NCBI GenBank assembly: GCA_963796965.1
Contig: CAWCNS010000007.1
Coordinates: 160,001 to 224,000 of the forward strand
Direction of reading: 5' to 3'
DNA: 64,000 nucleotides
DNA from: Calditrichia bacterium
GTDB lineage: Bacteria > Calditrichota > Calditrichia > JAJRVZ01
This document shows positions 32,801-47,727 of this stretch, piece by piece. Within the stretch, counting starts at the first letter, position 1. Each line of letters opens with the position of its first letter. The notes below the pieces were generated by a model. It worked only from the letters and a program-made list of their open reading frames with translations, did not search any database and was not told the DNA's origin. Both the position numbers and the translations under genes were made by a program.

Positions 32801-33150
32801 TCGAAAAAAATCAGCCAGAGGAAGCATTTAAGTGGCTAGAAAATGCAGAAGCGATAGCACAAAAAAATAGTGAGCATTTCTTCGATGCTGAAATCTACCG
32901 GGTAAGAGGTGAAGCACTATTTAAATCAGATCAAAAAAACAAAAAGAATGCAGAATCTTTATTGTGGAGAGCAATCGAAACAGCCCGTCGGCAAAAGGCA
33001 AAAGCATTAGAATTACGCGCAGTTACAAGTCTTGTCCGCATTGCAGGAGCAAAAAAAGAAACGCTGAAATTACTCAACGAGACTTACAAATGGTTTAAGG
33101 AAGGGTTGGATACCCAAGATTTGAGAAAAGCCAATAAATTGCTCCAATAA
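29883..33150 (+). CDS. Zinc-ribbon + class III nucleotide cyclase + AAA ATPase + TPR-like protein; frameshift near 30620
   Basis: CPNC..CGECG, FCDLVGST, YLGDG, NIAARLQ, FVGRE, GEPGIGKT, IEDVHWAD, GVPLFVEE, LELRA. Confidence 0.9.
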
Positions 33151-33211
33151 TTCCCATAAATCCTACCAACTTTTAATATATGAATATTTTATAAAGCACC
33201 TGGAGATCTGA

Positions 33212-34742
33212 ATGAGACAATCAAATCCCGGAAATTGTTATTGGTTAATCCTCTGCTTGTTCCCATTATTATTGCTGACTTCAACAAATTCTAATGCACA
33301 AAAAAGTTCTAAGATTGTCCACCGCGTTTATCTTACGGGTAATACAGCGGACATTTCTAAACATTCGACCTTCGGATTAGCCGTTAATAAACTTATTTCT
33401 TCATCCGCTGAATCATTTTCTTTCCTCATAAATGGCGATCTAATATCTGAAAGAATTTCCAGTGAGAATAAAGATAAAATCTCGGTTAATCTCCAAAAAT
33501 TTTTACAGCCATTGAGCAAGTATGAAAATGGGAAAATTGTAATTATCCCAGGGGACAGGGATTGATAAGATCCATGATTCTTCCCGGGGAGCAAAAACCC
33601 TGATTTATGAAAAAAGTAAAAATGCTGATATAAAAATGGGAGACGAATCTATCAGAGAAAAGCCTTCTGATGAAACATTATATAACTATAATAGAACGGC
33701 CTTTGCCTACGATACCTATTTTCCACTTGCTTATATTGCCTACAATACTGATTTACAATTTATATTAGGTCTAAATCTGGAAATTACCATGCAAAAATAT
33801 GGTGTTCCGGATTACCACATACGCCATTCAATTGGTGGCCGGGTTTCTACCGCGAGTACTTTTAATGTTGATTATAATGTCCGAGTCCATCATCTCATAG
33901 GAAAATGGGATCTGACTGCCGGCGGATTTTATGCTAATCCGAACGATTTTCTTTATTTTTATGGGATTGGTAATGAGACCGTAAAGAATGATTCCCTTGT
34001 TAACGAAGGCTTTTATAAATCACGCTTTAAATCTTTCCGGCTGCAGAGTGGATTCATACACGATTTTTGGAAGAAAAGTAACTTTAGTGGGATATTGCGC
34101 TATGACAATAATCAACCACAAATGGATACACCAAATACGATATTAGCAGACAGTGTTTACTATGGTACTGAAAAAGTAAATCTGGCTGAAATTACCTTTG
34201 GTCTGGATCTTGATTTCCGAGATGAGTCCAGTCTGCCAAAAGATGGCATGCGATTTTTTCTATCCCACAATAATGGCATTCTTTTATCAAATAATAACGG
34301 ACATTATGGCAAAACACTGGCTTATTTGGAGTATTATGCTTCAATATTTCCATTTACCCTTGCATTTCGTACAGGGGGAGGCGGCAGTTGGGGTGATATT
34401 CCCTTCTATAACCAGTTCAGTCTGGGCCAAAATACCTTTTTAAGGGGTTATAGAAATAATCGTTTTACCGGTGCGGCAATGGCATTTCTGGATTCAGAAT
34501 TGCGGTTACCACTATTTGATGTCAAAACAGTATTAGTCCCCATTGATGTTGGTGTAAAAGGATTCTTTGATATCGGTCGGATTTTTGAACCCGATGAAGA
34601 TTCTAATACATGGCACCAGGGGTATGGATTTGGCATATATGCGGTTCCACTTAAATCAAGATATACTTTTATCATATCTGCAGGATTTTCTGATGAAGAA
34701 TCGTGGCTCATAAATTTTGGTTTTGGAGCAGTTTTTAAATAG
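33212..34742 (+). pseudogene. Internally deleted metallophosphoesterase-Omp85/BamA-like fusion (N- and C-terminal pieces out of frame)
   Basis: 33212-33565: signal, YLTGNT, INGDL, IIPGDRD then stop; 33564-34742: beta-barrel with LRGYRNNRFTG, FFDIGRI, GFGAVF. Confidence 0.65.
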
Positions 34743-34894
34743 ATATCTGGCTTGGCTACAATTGGATCAGCAATATTCAGTTATACGAGGATCGGAAACT
34801 ATCGGTGGGATTGCTTTTCCCACAGATTATTTCATTTTAATAATATTTTAGACCTACCCACAGTAAAAAGAACAGCTATTTCAGCGTATGGAGA

Positions 34895-35935
34895 ATGATA
34901 TTGAAATCTACTCTAATCAGAAAATTTAAAATATTGGGTATGATCTGCCTCTTTACCATCATCACAAGTCTATTTTATCAAAAAATAGAAGAAGGAATTA
35001 TAGATTTTACAGGTGTGATTGTTGGATTATTTTTGGGTTTAAATTTTGGGATTCTTGAACTTTTTTTGTTAAAAAAATTAAACATACATTTGAAAAAATA
35101 TCCCTTTTATCTCGTTGCACTTATCAAGGTAGTACTTTATACCTCTATTAGCTTCCTGGCCTTTAATTCTTTAGGTTTTATTTTTGGATATTTTCAAGGA
35201 AAGACTTTAGAAGAATATTATGCTTCACTCCTTACTGTAGGAAGAATCACTCAAATCGGAACAGCAATAGTAATGTATACAATTATTATTCTATTCTTAC
35301 AAATCAGCCGTTTGTTGGGCGATGGTGTATTGTTGAAATTTCTGTACGGTAAATATCATAACCCTGTTGAAGAAGAGAGAATCTTTATGTTTTTGGATGT
35401 CAAATCATCAACCACGATTGCCGAAAAGATTGGACATAAAAAATTCTATTCTTTTTTAAACTCATTTTTTCACGAAATTACGGAACCGGTCTTAATGACC
35501 AGAGCAGAGATTTATCAGTATGTCGGTGATGAAATTGTCTTTCATTGGACTACAGAAAATGGTGTTAAAGATGCCAATTGTCTGAGCATATATTTTTTAA
35601 TCAAAAAAAAGATTGAAGAAAATAAACATCAGTATTTATCGGAATATGGGGTAGTCCCGGAATTTAAAGCGGGGGTGCACTTCGGAAAGGTAATTATTGG
35701 ACAAATTGGAGATATTAAGAGAGAGATTGTTTTTAATGGGGATGTATTAAATACGACATCCAGAATACAGGATTTATGTAATACCTATCACCAGGATTTA
35801 ATAATCTCAAGACGCCTACTTTCTATATTAAAGTTACCACATAATTATAATCAAGAGCATTTGGGAAAGATTAAGTTAAGGGGTAAAGAATTTGATATGC
35901 ATTTATACGGAATAAATCTTAAAATGAATAAATAG
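34895..35935 (+). CDS. Membrane-bound class III adenylate/guanylate cyclase
   Basis: Four TM segments; FMFLDVKSST, YVGDE, GDVLNTTSRIQ. Confidence 0.9.
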   Translation: MILKSTLIRKFKILGMICLFTIITSLFYQKIEEGIIDFTGVIVGLFLGLNFGILELFLLKKLNIHLKKYPFYLVALIKVVLYTSISFLAFNSLGFIFGYFQGKTLEEYYASLLTVGRITQIGTAIVMYTIIILFLQISRLLGDGVLLKFLYGKYHNPVEEERIFMFLDVKSSTTIAEKIGHKKFYSFLNSFFHEITEPVLMTRAEIYQYVGDEIVFHWTTENGVKDANCLSIYFLIKKKIEENKHQYLSEYGVVPEFKAGVHFGKVIIGQIGDIKREIVFNGDVLNTTSRIQDLCNTYHQDLIISRRLLSILKLPHNYNQEHLGKIKLRGKEFDMHLYGINLKMNK

Positions 35936-36054
35936 ATATTTATTGCAATTTTTTCCATGGAGAAGTATCTTGTTTATTATTCCTTCTTTATTGAAATAAA
36001 TTTATCCGAATTATATCTTAATTTGGATCCTTTGTAGGCAGGATTGTTAAGATT

Positions 36055-38393
36055 ATGATAGGAAAAACTGTCTCACATTATAGGATTATGGAAAAGTTAG
36101 GCAGCGGGGGAATGGGTGTTGTTTATAAGGCCCATGATCGTAAACTTGATCGTGATGTGGCGCTAAAATTCCTCCCTCAACATCTTACCTCCAGTGAAGA
36201 AGAAAAAAAACGTTTTATCCATGAAGCCCAAGCAGCCTCATCCCTTGAACACAATAACATCTGTGCTATTCATGAAATAGATGAAACGGATGATGGACAA
36301 TTATTTATAAGTATGGGGTATTATGAAGGCGATACGCTTCAAACGAAGATTAAAGATGAACGATTAAAGATTAAAGATGCGATTAATTATACAATGCAAA
36401 TTGTGCATGGATTGCAGAAGGCCCATGAGAAAAACATTGTTCACCGAGATATAAAACCTGCCAACATTATGCTTACTGACGACGACGTCGTCAAAATTCT
36501 TGATTTCGGTTTAGCAAAACTCGCCTCACAGACTAAATTAACAAAAGAGGGCACCACATTAGGAACCATCGCTTATATGTCCCCCGAACAAACCAGAGGA
36601 GAAAAGGTCGATCATAGGACAGATATCTGGTCTTTGGGCGTCATTTTATATGAAATGCTGACGGGAGAACTTCCCTTTAAGGGAGAATATGAACAGGCTG
36701 TCATGTATTCAATCATGAACGAAGAGCCTGAGTTTGTAAGTAAAATCCGCAATGATGTCCCGCTTGAGTTAGAGAAAATAATTAATAAAGCCCTGCATAA
36801 GAATCCTGATAAGCGCTTTCAAACGATGCAAGAACTATGTGAGGCTTTGGAGAATACCAGTACCAACATAGATGCAGGATTATCAAAAACCGTCTCTGTT
36901 TATCGGTTGGGAAGAAAACAGCGACGGCTTTTAATACGAATTTCGCCGGTCGTGGTCGTCCTTTTATCAATATTTGTATATTTCATTTTTATTAGGGAGG
37001 CGATGGCAACACCAGTATCCATTGTGCTATTACCTCTTGAAAACCTCACCAGAGACATAGAGCAGGAATGGTTTACAGATGGTATGACGGATGCACTCAT
37101 CACTGATCTCGCGCGAATTAGCGGCTTACGTATTATCTCCAGATCGTCTGCGATGAAATACAAAAATGCAAATAAGTCCTCAGCCGAAATCGCTTCAGAA
37201 CTTGGTGTCTCCTATGTGATTGAAGGTTCGGTACAAAAATTAAACAACCAGGTGAAAATAACAACCAGACTTATTGAAGCCAGCACTGATGAGTATTTAT
37301 GGGCACAGGACTATGAAAGACCATTTACGGATATTTTAGCCTTACAAGGCGATGTCGCTACTGAGATTGCCAGACAGATACGGGTAAATTTAACCGATTT
37401 TGAAGAAAGCAGCCTTAGTAGCAAAGGACCGGTCAATCCTGAAGCATATGAGGCCTATCTTAAAGGAAATTTTTATCTATACAAACTGACACCGGAAGGA
37501 TTAGAGACGGCTTTGCAATATTTCAAGTTAGCAGCGAAGTTGGATCCCGAATATGCCCTGGCCTACACCGGAATTGCCCTGGCTAACTGTGTACCCGCAC
37601 AAAATGGTTATATTTCCATGGAGGAAGCATTTAATAATGCAAAGCCGGCGGTACAAAAAGCATTAGAGTTAGATGACTCATTGCCTGAAGTGCATTATAT
37701 GAGGGGATTAATGGCCGGGTGGTATGAATGGGATTGGATTCTCTCAGTGTTTTCCCTGGAGAAAGCGATAAAAATAAACCCAAATATGGCAATAGCCCGG
37801 GCCTATTATTCACACATTCTTTTTATCCTAAACAAACCCAACGAAGGTTTGGAACAAATCACGCAGGCTCTGGAATTAGATCCCTTTCAATCCCTTATTC
37901 CATGCATTATATGCAATGGATTTGAATTATCTCCATCGATATGATGAGGCGATTGAAATGTTGACAAGAGACGTTGAGAAAAACCCCCGGTGATCCTATG
38001 TCCTTGTCAACATTGAGGACAACTTATCATCAGAAAAAAGATGTATACAGAAGCGATCGAGATTTGGCGTAATTCTTTTGAAGTCAGCGGTGAAGATATG
38101 CAATGTCTGGAAGCGCTTGACCAGGGTTATGAAGAAGGGGGATATCAGATGGCTTTACGACGTGTGGCTGAGTTGAAAGTCCATCAGTCAAAATCCAAAT
38201 TTGTTACGCCCTGGCAGATTGGTACCTTATATACACGTGCAGGAATGGGAGATGAGGCTCTTGACTGGCTTGAAAAAGCACTTGAAGCCCATGACCCAAA
38301 TATGCCTTACCTTAATGTTGATCCCATCTTTGATTATATAAGGGATGATCCACGATTTAAAGAGTGATTAAAAAGATAGGATTATCTGATTAA
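36055..38393 (+). CDS. Hanks-type Ser/Thr kinase with TM, TolB-like and TPR domains; frameshifted at C-terminus
   Basis: GSGGMGVV, VALK, HRDIKPAN, DFG, YMSPEQ; IVLLPLENL..FTDGMTD; ..RDDPRF. Confidence 0.9.
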
Positions 38394-38429
38394 ATCCTAA
38401 TTTCTATTAAATTGTAACGGCGCGATGAA

Positions 38430-40145
38430 GAGGCTGTGTAGAAACACAGCCTCAATACTTTATTTTTAAGTAAATTTTCAGATTTTTAGTTGTTCTTTGA
38501 CAATATTATTCCAAAAATGCCCGATTTAGGCAATGAAAAACAAAATGACTTAGATATCAAGCCATTTTCCAGTCATATCTCTGAATCATATCCATAATAT
38601 CCTGATATGATTCAATAGATAATAATCGCCTAAAATTATAAACGGTCGTGAAGATATTTATTTCAGTTGTCACTTTTTTCTTACCTCGGAGAAGCAATGG
38701 AATTTTTCCCATCCAATATTTAATCGTACCAAAGGGATGCTCAACCATTTGCTTGCGAAGATGGATCATTTTCTTAGCGGTGATGCCTGACATACGACGA
38801 CGATAAATATCACGCCAACTCTGATTATGATAACGTTGGATAAGACGTCCATATTTAGAAGTTGTACATTGGGTTCTCAACATGCATCGGTCACATTCAA
38901 TACCTTGATAGACATCGTATCGTTGACCGTTATCAACTTTGTTTTTCTGTTTTCTTATTAATCGTTTACCTTCTGAGCAACGGTATTCATCTTGTTCTTC
39001 ATCATAGTTAAAAGTGATAGGGCGATCATCATATCTGTGTTTTGGCCTTGGAACATAACAGGTCGTTTGATTTGTATTTTCGACGTTTTCTATCTGAGTC
39101 AGGTTATAGTATCCGCTATCGGTAACGGCAGCCTCAGGTATTAAATCTGTTTCCTGTTCTAATTCTTTGAGCATCGGTTCTATAAGATTGGTATCGTTTG
39201 AGGCATCAAAAACGTGGCTGTGGGCGATCATGTGATGGGCCTGATCAACAGCAATCTGGGTATTATAGGCTGAAATCATTCCATCGCGACTGCGCATTAA
39301 GTTAGCCTGTGGATCACTCTGGCTAATAGAGGTTCGTGATTGTGATAGTAAAATATCTTTTTGTTTTTGCAGATTTTCTACCTGTTTCTGAAGTTTGGAG
39401 ATTTTATCAAGCAAGACCTGATTCGTACTCCGGGATCCTTGAAGTCATCATCGGAAGAAGATTCGTCAATTTCTTCTAAAAGATCTTCCCGGCGATCATT
39501 TATCAATAACTGTTCTAAATATTGATCAAGTTTTTTGTCCAAGTGGTCTAAACGATGTTCAATTTTCTTGATGGTTAGCATATCTTTGTTGGTATTGGCT
39601 TTCACCTTGCTGCCATCAATAGCAATCAATTTTCCCTGGATGTAACCCTTGTCTCTAAGAAAGTGGCGAAACTTTTTAGTAACATATTTAATTGCAGCAG
39701 CATTATCTTTGCGGTAGTCAGCAATACTTTTATGATCGGGTTTAAGGTTGCCTATAAGCCAAATAACTTCGATATTACGATGACATTCGCGTTCTAATTT
39801 GCGGCTGGTTTTGATGCTATTTAAATAACCATAAAGAAAAAGTTTTAACATCGTTACAGGGTTATAGGCGCGGCTCTAAAGTCTTTTGCCCTTATAGGCA
39901 AATTCTTCCGGTTACTGACACAATAGCGTCAATAAGAGCATCGATCAATCGAACGTAATGGTCATAGGGAACCAAGTCATCGAGCGATTGCATGAAAGTA
40001 ACCTGGTTACGATCATCTGGAAAAATATAATGCATAGATATAGTCCGGTTAATTTTAAATAATTAACCTAATTTAATAAATAACAATATATTATGTTAGA
40101 TTTCTTTAAAAATTTGAGGTTGTGTGGTTGTTTTCACACAACCTC
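38430..40145 (-). mobile_element. IS1182-family insertion sequence
   Basis: Terminal IRs GAGGCTGTGTAGAAAC / GTTTTCACACAACCTC; transposase inside; TGAA/TTAA flanks. Confidence 0.85.
38557..40035 (-). CDS. IS1182-family transposase, frameshifted
   Basis: DRNQ..LDDLV..DH, MLKLFLYGY..SRKLE, PDHKSIADYR, IDGSKVKA, YNTQ, DSGY, VEHPFGTIK. Confidence 0.9.
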
Positions 40146-40291
40146 TTAATCGCGCCGCTACCCATGGTTCAGCATAACGTTCTACTCTACTCTTGTTAGG
40201 ATTTGATAAACATCCAGCCTGTTATCCCAAATCTCATATCCTGTATCCCATATCATTACCAAATCCACCTTCCAAAATCTAAAATCATTTT

Positions 40292-40798
40292 TTACGGTGT
40301 ATACCAGATCGGTGAGGTATAAGCCCTCTCCTGGGTAATCATGGGAACTTCAGGGCCCATCTTAATACCAAAGCGTTTTGCCTCATAGGCTGTCCAGCGC
40401 GGGGTGGGGATCTCAATCACCCGGGCATAATAAACAGCGCTTAACTTCGGATCGAAATCAGGGTCTTTCCAAACCGCAATCATTTCTCGGGTAAAGCCGG
40501 ATATACCTACCGCTTGTTCAGTCAGAATCTGATTGATTTCTCCACGTTCAAGAACGACAAAGTTTGTATTACTGCGAAGAGCAGTTGCCAGCATGGCCGA
40601 AACGGTCCGGCCAAATTCTACTTCTTTTGCCTGGGCATTGGCATCATAGAAGGGTAACACAGCAATATTTGGCTTTCCACGGAAAATATAATCTTCTTCC
40701 AGGAGAGAGTCAGAATCTGAAATCGAGATAATTTGCCCAAGGCAAGGAACAGTTAATATTAATAAAATGATTAAAATGAGTTCTGTTTTTACTATCAT
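40292..40798 (-). pseudogene. Chimeric ORF: CsgG-like N-terminus joined to DUF3604-like C-terminus
   Basis: IAVLPF...FVVLERGEINQILTEQ followed abruptly by WKDPDFDP..YYARVIEIPTPRW..QERAYTSPIWY. Confidence 0.65.
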
Positions 40799-41085
40799 TG
40801 TAGTTCCTCCTGTATATTGTTTGTAGGATTTACTCTGATATAATTATAAATAATTGAGGAAGGGGATTGTCATAGAAATGTAAAAAGGATGTCAAAAAAA
40901 GAGTATAAGTTTTACAATAGTCGAGAGATTTTTAGTTTTTGAAATAATGAAGCCACAGGTTGCTATAGGCGTATAAAAAAAGTAAATTCATCCGGTTTTG
41001 GGAAATGAGCATGTGATAGTATATTCAGAGAAATCCCAACGGTTGATAATCCTGTTTTTCGGAGACCTCTCGACAATTACCTACT

Positions 41086-41517
41086 ATGAATAAGAATAAA
41101 TTAATAAATTACATCGCTCTTCTGTTTTTAAGTGTAGTACTATTAGCATACTCGACCGTGCTTCAGTTTACGATGCCCTCGATAGTTCTCTGTTTCGGGA
41201 ATGATGGTCATATTGCCTTTGAACAATCAGATAAAAACTTTCAATGTATTGATATTGAGGGTGATGATGACCATGCAACCCATGAGCATGAAAACCTGGC
41301 TCACGACGAAGATCACTGTGAGGATATACCACTTAGTAATCTTTTTTCAGCATTATTTATGGGTGATGATGGAAAAATAAAGCATGTTAAAATTTCTTCT
41401 GTAAATACAAAAAATAGAACGCTAAAAACTGATATAGACCTTCATCAATATAATAGTACTATTGTCGTTACCCATGCTGCAATGAAAAGCCTCAAATCTT
41501 CAATTCTTCTTATTTGA
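41086..41517 (+). CDS. His/Cys-rich exported protein upstream of metal efflux operon
   Basis: TM segment, VLCFGNDGHIAFE, DDDHATHEHE..HDEDHCEDIP. Confidence 0.65.
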   Translation: MNKNKLINYIALLFLSVVLLAYSTVLQFTMPSIVLCFGNDGHIAFEQSDKNFQCIDIEGDDDHATHEHENLAHDEDHCEDIPLSNLFSALFMGDDGKIKHVKISSVNTKNRTLKTDIDLHQYNSTIVVTHAAMKSLKSSILLI

Positions 41518-41836
41518 TTCACACTTTATCTTTTTTACAAAATTATATTTCGCTCATTAAGCAAAATAATTCTGCATTATTCCTGAATTTTGAGTGTAAC
41601 ATCAGAATTGGATATTTTTAAGAATTATAGGTCTTAATTTGTTCATAACCATGAAGACCGCTCCAAAAAGGCTCCGATAGAGGAAGTATACTTTATAATT
41701 TTTTCCTCGTGCTCTTCCTCCGAAGGAGTCCCTCCGGGAGTGAACTTCGTGGTGAATATTTATTCATTTAGTAACCAGAGTCTTAGGCTTTGTGGCAATA
41801 TTTTCACAGTAACAACTTTACCAAAGGAGATAATAA

Positions 41837-43202
41837 ATGAAAAGAGTCTTAATACTATTCATGGGTATCATAGCCCTGATATCCATGATGAGTTGCTCTT
41901 CTTCAAGAAAATCAGCAAATATACCCCAGACAAGACCATTGGCCGAAAAATATACAGATGCCAAACAATCTATTAGAGAGAAGTCAGAAGTTGATCATTC
42001 TTTCGTTCTAAACAAAGATACCTTATCAATGGCGGAGGCTATTCAGCTGGCTTTATTACATAATCCTGAACTTCAGTCGTATTCCTTTGAAATCAGGGCA
42101 AGGGAAGCGCGTACTTTGCAGGAATCCTTTGCTCCCAATCCTGAAATCGAATTTGAACTTGAGAATTTTGCAGGATCCGGAGAACTAAGCGATTTTAAAG
42201 GATCAGAATTCACGGTTTCCGTAGGACAATTCATTGAACTGGCAGGTAAAAGGGACAAAAGAACACAGGCTGCGGTCTTGCATAGTGATCTTTCTGCCTG
42301 GGATTATGAAGCAAAAAAACTTGACATATTACGCATACAGTTAAGCAATATCTGCAACTGATTGGCGACCAGAAACAGATTGCTTTGAATAAAGAATTAG
42401 TAAATGTATCAGAAAACCTTAATCACGCGGTAGTCAGACTCGTTAAGGCTGGGAGAACATCAGCTGCGGAAATATCGAGAACACAGATATTACTCTCAAA
42501 AGCACAACTGGATTTAAACAGATCCATGAGAAAATTTGAAACAGATCGTTTTCGACTATCTTCCCTGTGGGGTAAAACGTTTCCTGGTTTTAAATCTGTT
42601 AGAGGATCATTAGATAATGTTGCAGCAGATACCGCCTGTAGATAGTCTGAAAAAGTATTTATCAAAAAATCCTGATATTGTTCGCTGGGCAACAGAGATA
42701 GAGATGCGCCAGGCGATCGAATCATTGGAAGAGGCCAAAAAAATTCCTGATCCAACTATCCAGGCCGGATATAGACATATTACCGAACCAAATTTAAATG
42801 CCTTTAGTGGCAAATCTTTCCATTCCAATTCCCGTATTTAATACTAATAAAGGTGCTGTCCAGGAGGCCTATAATCGTCGCAAGAAAGCAGAAGAACAAC
42901 GCCGGCAAATAGAAATTGCGATCAGCACAAACCTTAATAGAATTGTATCAAAATCTTTTGGTCACTATATTCCGAAATTGATAATTCAAATAAAATCATC
43001 ATTCCGGAAGCAGAGAAAGCTTATCAAATTATAAATGAAGGATATCTTCTAGGTAAGTTTAGTTTTTTGGATGTGCTTGCAATCTCAGAGGACATTGTTT
43101 GAGGCACGAAAATATTTGATTACAGCGTTAATCGAATATAATATCCGTGTTGCTGAAATGGAAAGACTCATCGGGCGATCTCTATCGACGGTCAAATTTT
43201 AA
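41837..43202 (+). CDS. TolC/CzcC-like outer membrane efflux lipoprotein, frameshifted
   Basis: Lipobox MMSC; ALLHNPEL, PNPEI..ENF, IELAGKR, IPVFNTNKG, GKFSFLDVL. Confidence 0.8.
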
Positions 43203-43243
43203 TAATAAGTATGTTAAGTTAGGCTGAAGTATAGAAATTTTTA

Positions 43244-43410
43244 GACAGGATAACAGGATTAACAGTATGTCATTTTCTTTTAAATATCATGAGATGCGAA
43301 ACAAGTTCAGCATGACTTATCCAGGTATTCCGAACCCTGGCCTGTCGCCAGAAGAGGCTGTGTCTGAATCTATAAGATCTTTTGTATCCTGTAAATCCTG
43401 TTATCTTGTC
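43244..43410. repeat. Inverted repeat pair enclosing a GTCAT-type REP-like palindrome
   Basis: GACAGGATAACAGGATT (43244) vs AATCCTGTTATCTTGTC (43394); GAGATGCGAAACAAGTTCAGCATGAC at 43291-43316. Confidence 0.65.
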
Positions 43411-43476
43411 AAAATATTTGTTATTTCTGGTTAGGTGGATTGTCCTGTTTATTGTGAAAAAAAAGGAATAATAAAA

Positions 43477-44420
43477 ATGAAAATCAAAGATTTTTAATCA
43501 TTGATATGTATTTGTTTTTTCGTGTTTGTCTTTTAATTGTAATGAAAAAAATGCGATAGTGGAGGATGAACATAATGAGGAACATGAAGAATGCGGGAAT
43601 TCATCTTAAGTGAAGATGAAATAGCAGAATTTGATATCACAATTGGGGTAGCAGAACCGGGAAAACTGCAGGTGCATATTACTGTCCCCGGAGAAGTTGT
43701 GGTTCCACCGGATAATCTTGCCCATATTCATCCCAGGTTTCCCGGTATGGTTAAGGAAGTAAAAAAACATATCGGTGACAGTGTCCGTGAAGGGGAGATA
43801 CTGGCAATTATTGAGAGTAATGAAAGTCTGACCGAATACCAGATCAAATCTTTAATCGACGGAACGATTATTGAAAAACATATTACCAGGGGTGAAATAG
43901 TTGAAGGTAATACTGATGTCATGGATTTGTCGTTGCGGATCTCAGTGAGGTCTGGGTTTGTCTGAATCTTTACCAGAAAGATTTGTCCTTCTGTAAAAAA
44001 AGGACAAAAAGTCACCATTTCGCTTGGACAAGGTCTAGAAGAGGTTAACGGGAGAATTAAGTATATCTCTCCCATTATAGATGAGACACCCGAACGGCAA
44101 CTGCCCGGGTGGTTTTACCTAATCCTAAAGGCTTCTGGAAACCAGGTCTTTTTGTCAACGGCACAATTATTACAGAAGAATTTAGGGCTAAGATTGCGGT
44201 TCCTAAAACGGCAATAGAAACGATTGATAATAAACCTTGTGTGTTTGTAAAATCTGATAAGGGTTTTGAACCGACGATTTATTACCCTGGGGAGAAAGAA
44301 TCAGACACTGGTTGAGGTTACAATGGTCTGGAGCAGGGTGAAAAATATATAACAAAAGGGGCCTTTACCCTAAAAGCCGAACTGCAAAAGGAAATGTTTG
44401 GTGATGGACATGGGCATTAA
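43477..44420 (+). CDS. CzcB-like membrane fusion protein, frameshifted
   Basis: His-rich N-terminus, HIHPRFPG, WKPGLFV, C-terminal GDGHGH. Confidence 0.8.
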
Positions 44421-44588
44421 GTAATGAATATCACAATTGACACGAAGCTAACGCATTGCGCATAGGGCAAAGCAAAGCGCAAAGCAATGAAATGATTTTA
44501 CGGTTTTAACATTGCTCTATGCGCCATGCTCTATGCCGAAGATTATATAGATTTCATTTAAACTAAGCGAATAACAAGGAGGTGAGAA

Positions 44589-47679
<3,091 letters not shown>

Positions 47680-47727
47680 AAATATTCAAGAAATAATAAC
47701 CTTACACGCTTTTATGCTCAAGATATC

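Noticed and set aside
33563..33568. TGA at a position normally Trp: stop-codon recoding or selenocysteine
   Set aside because: Immediately followed by TAA, and TGA ends many intact genes in this window
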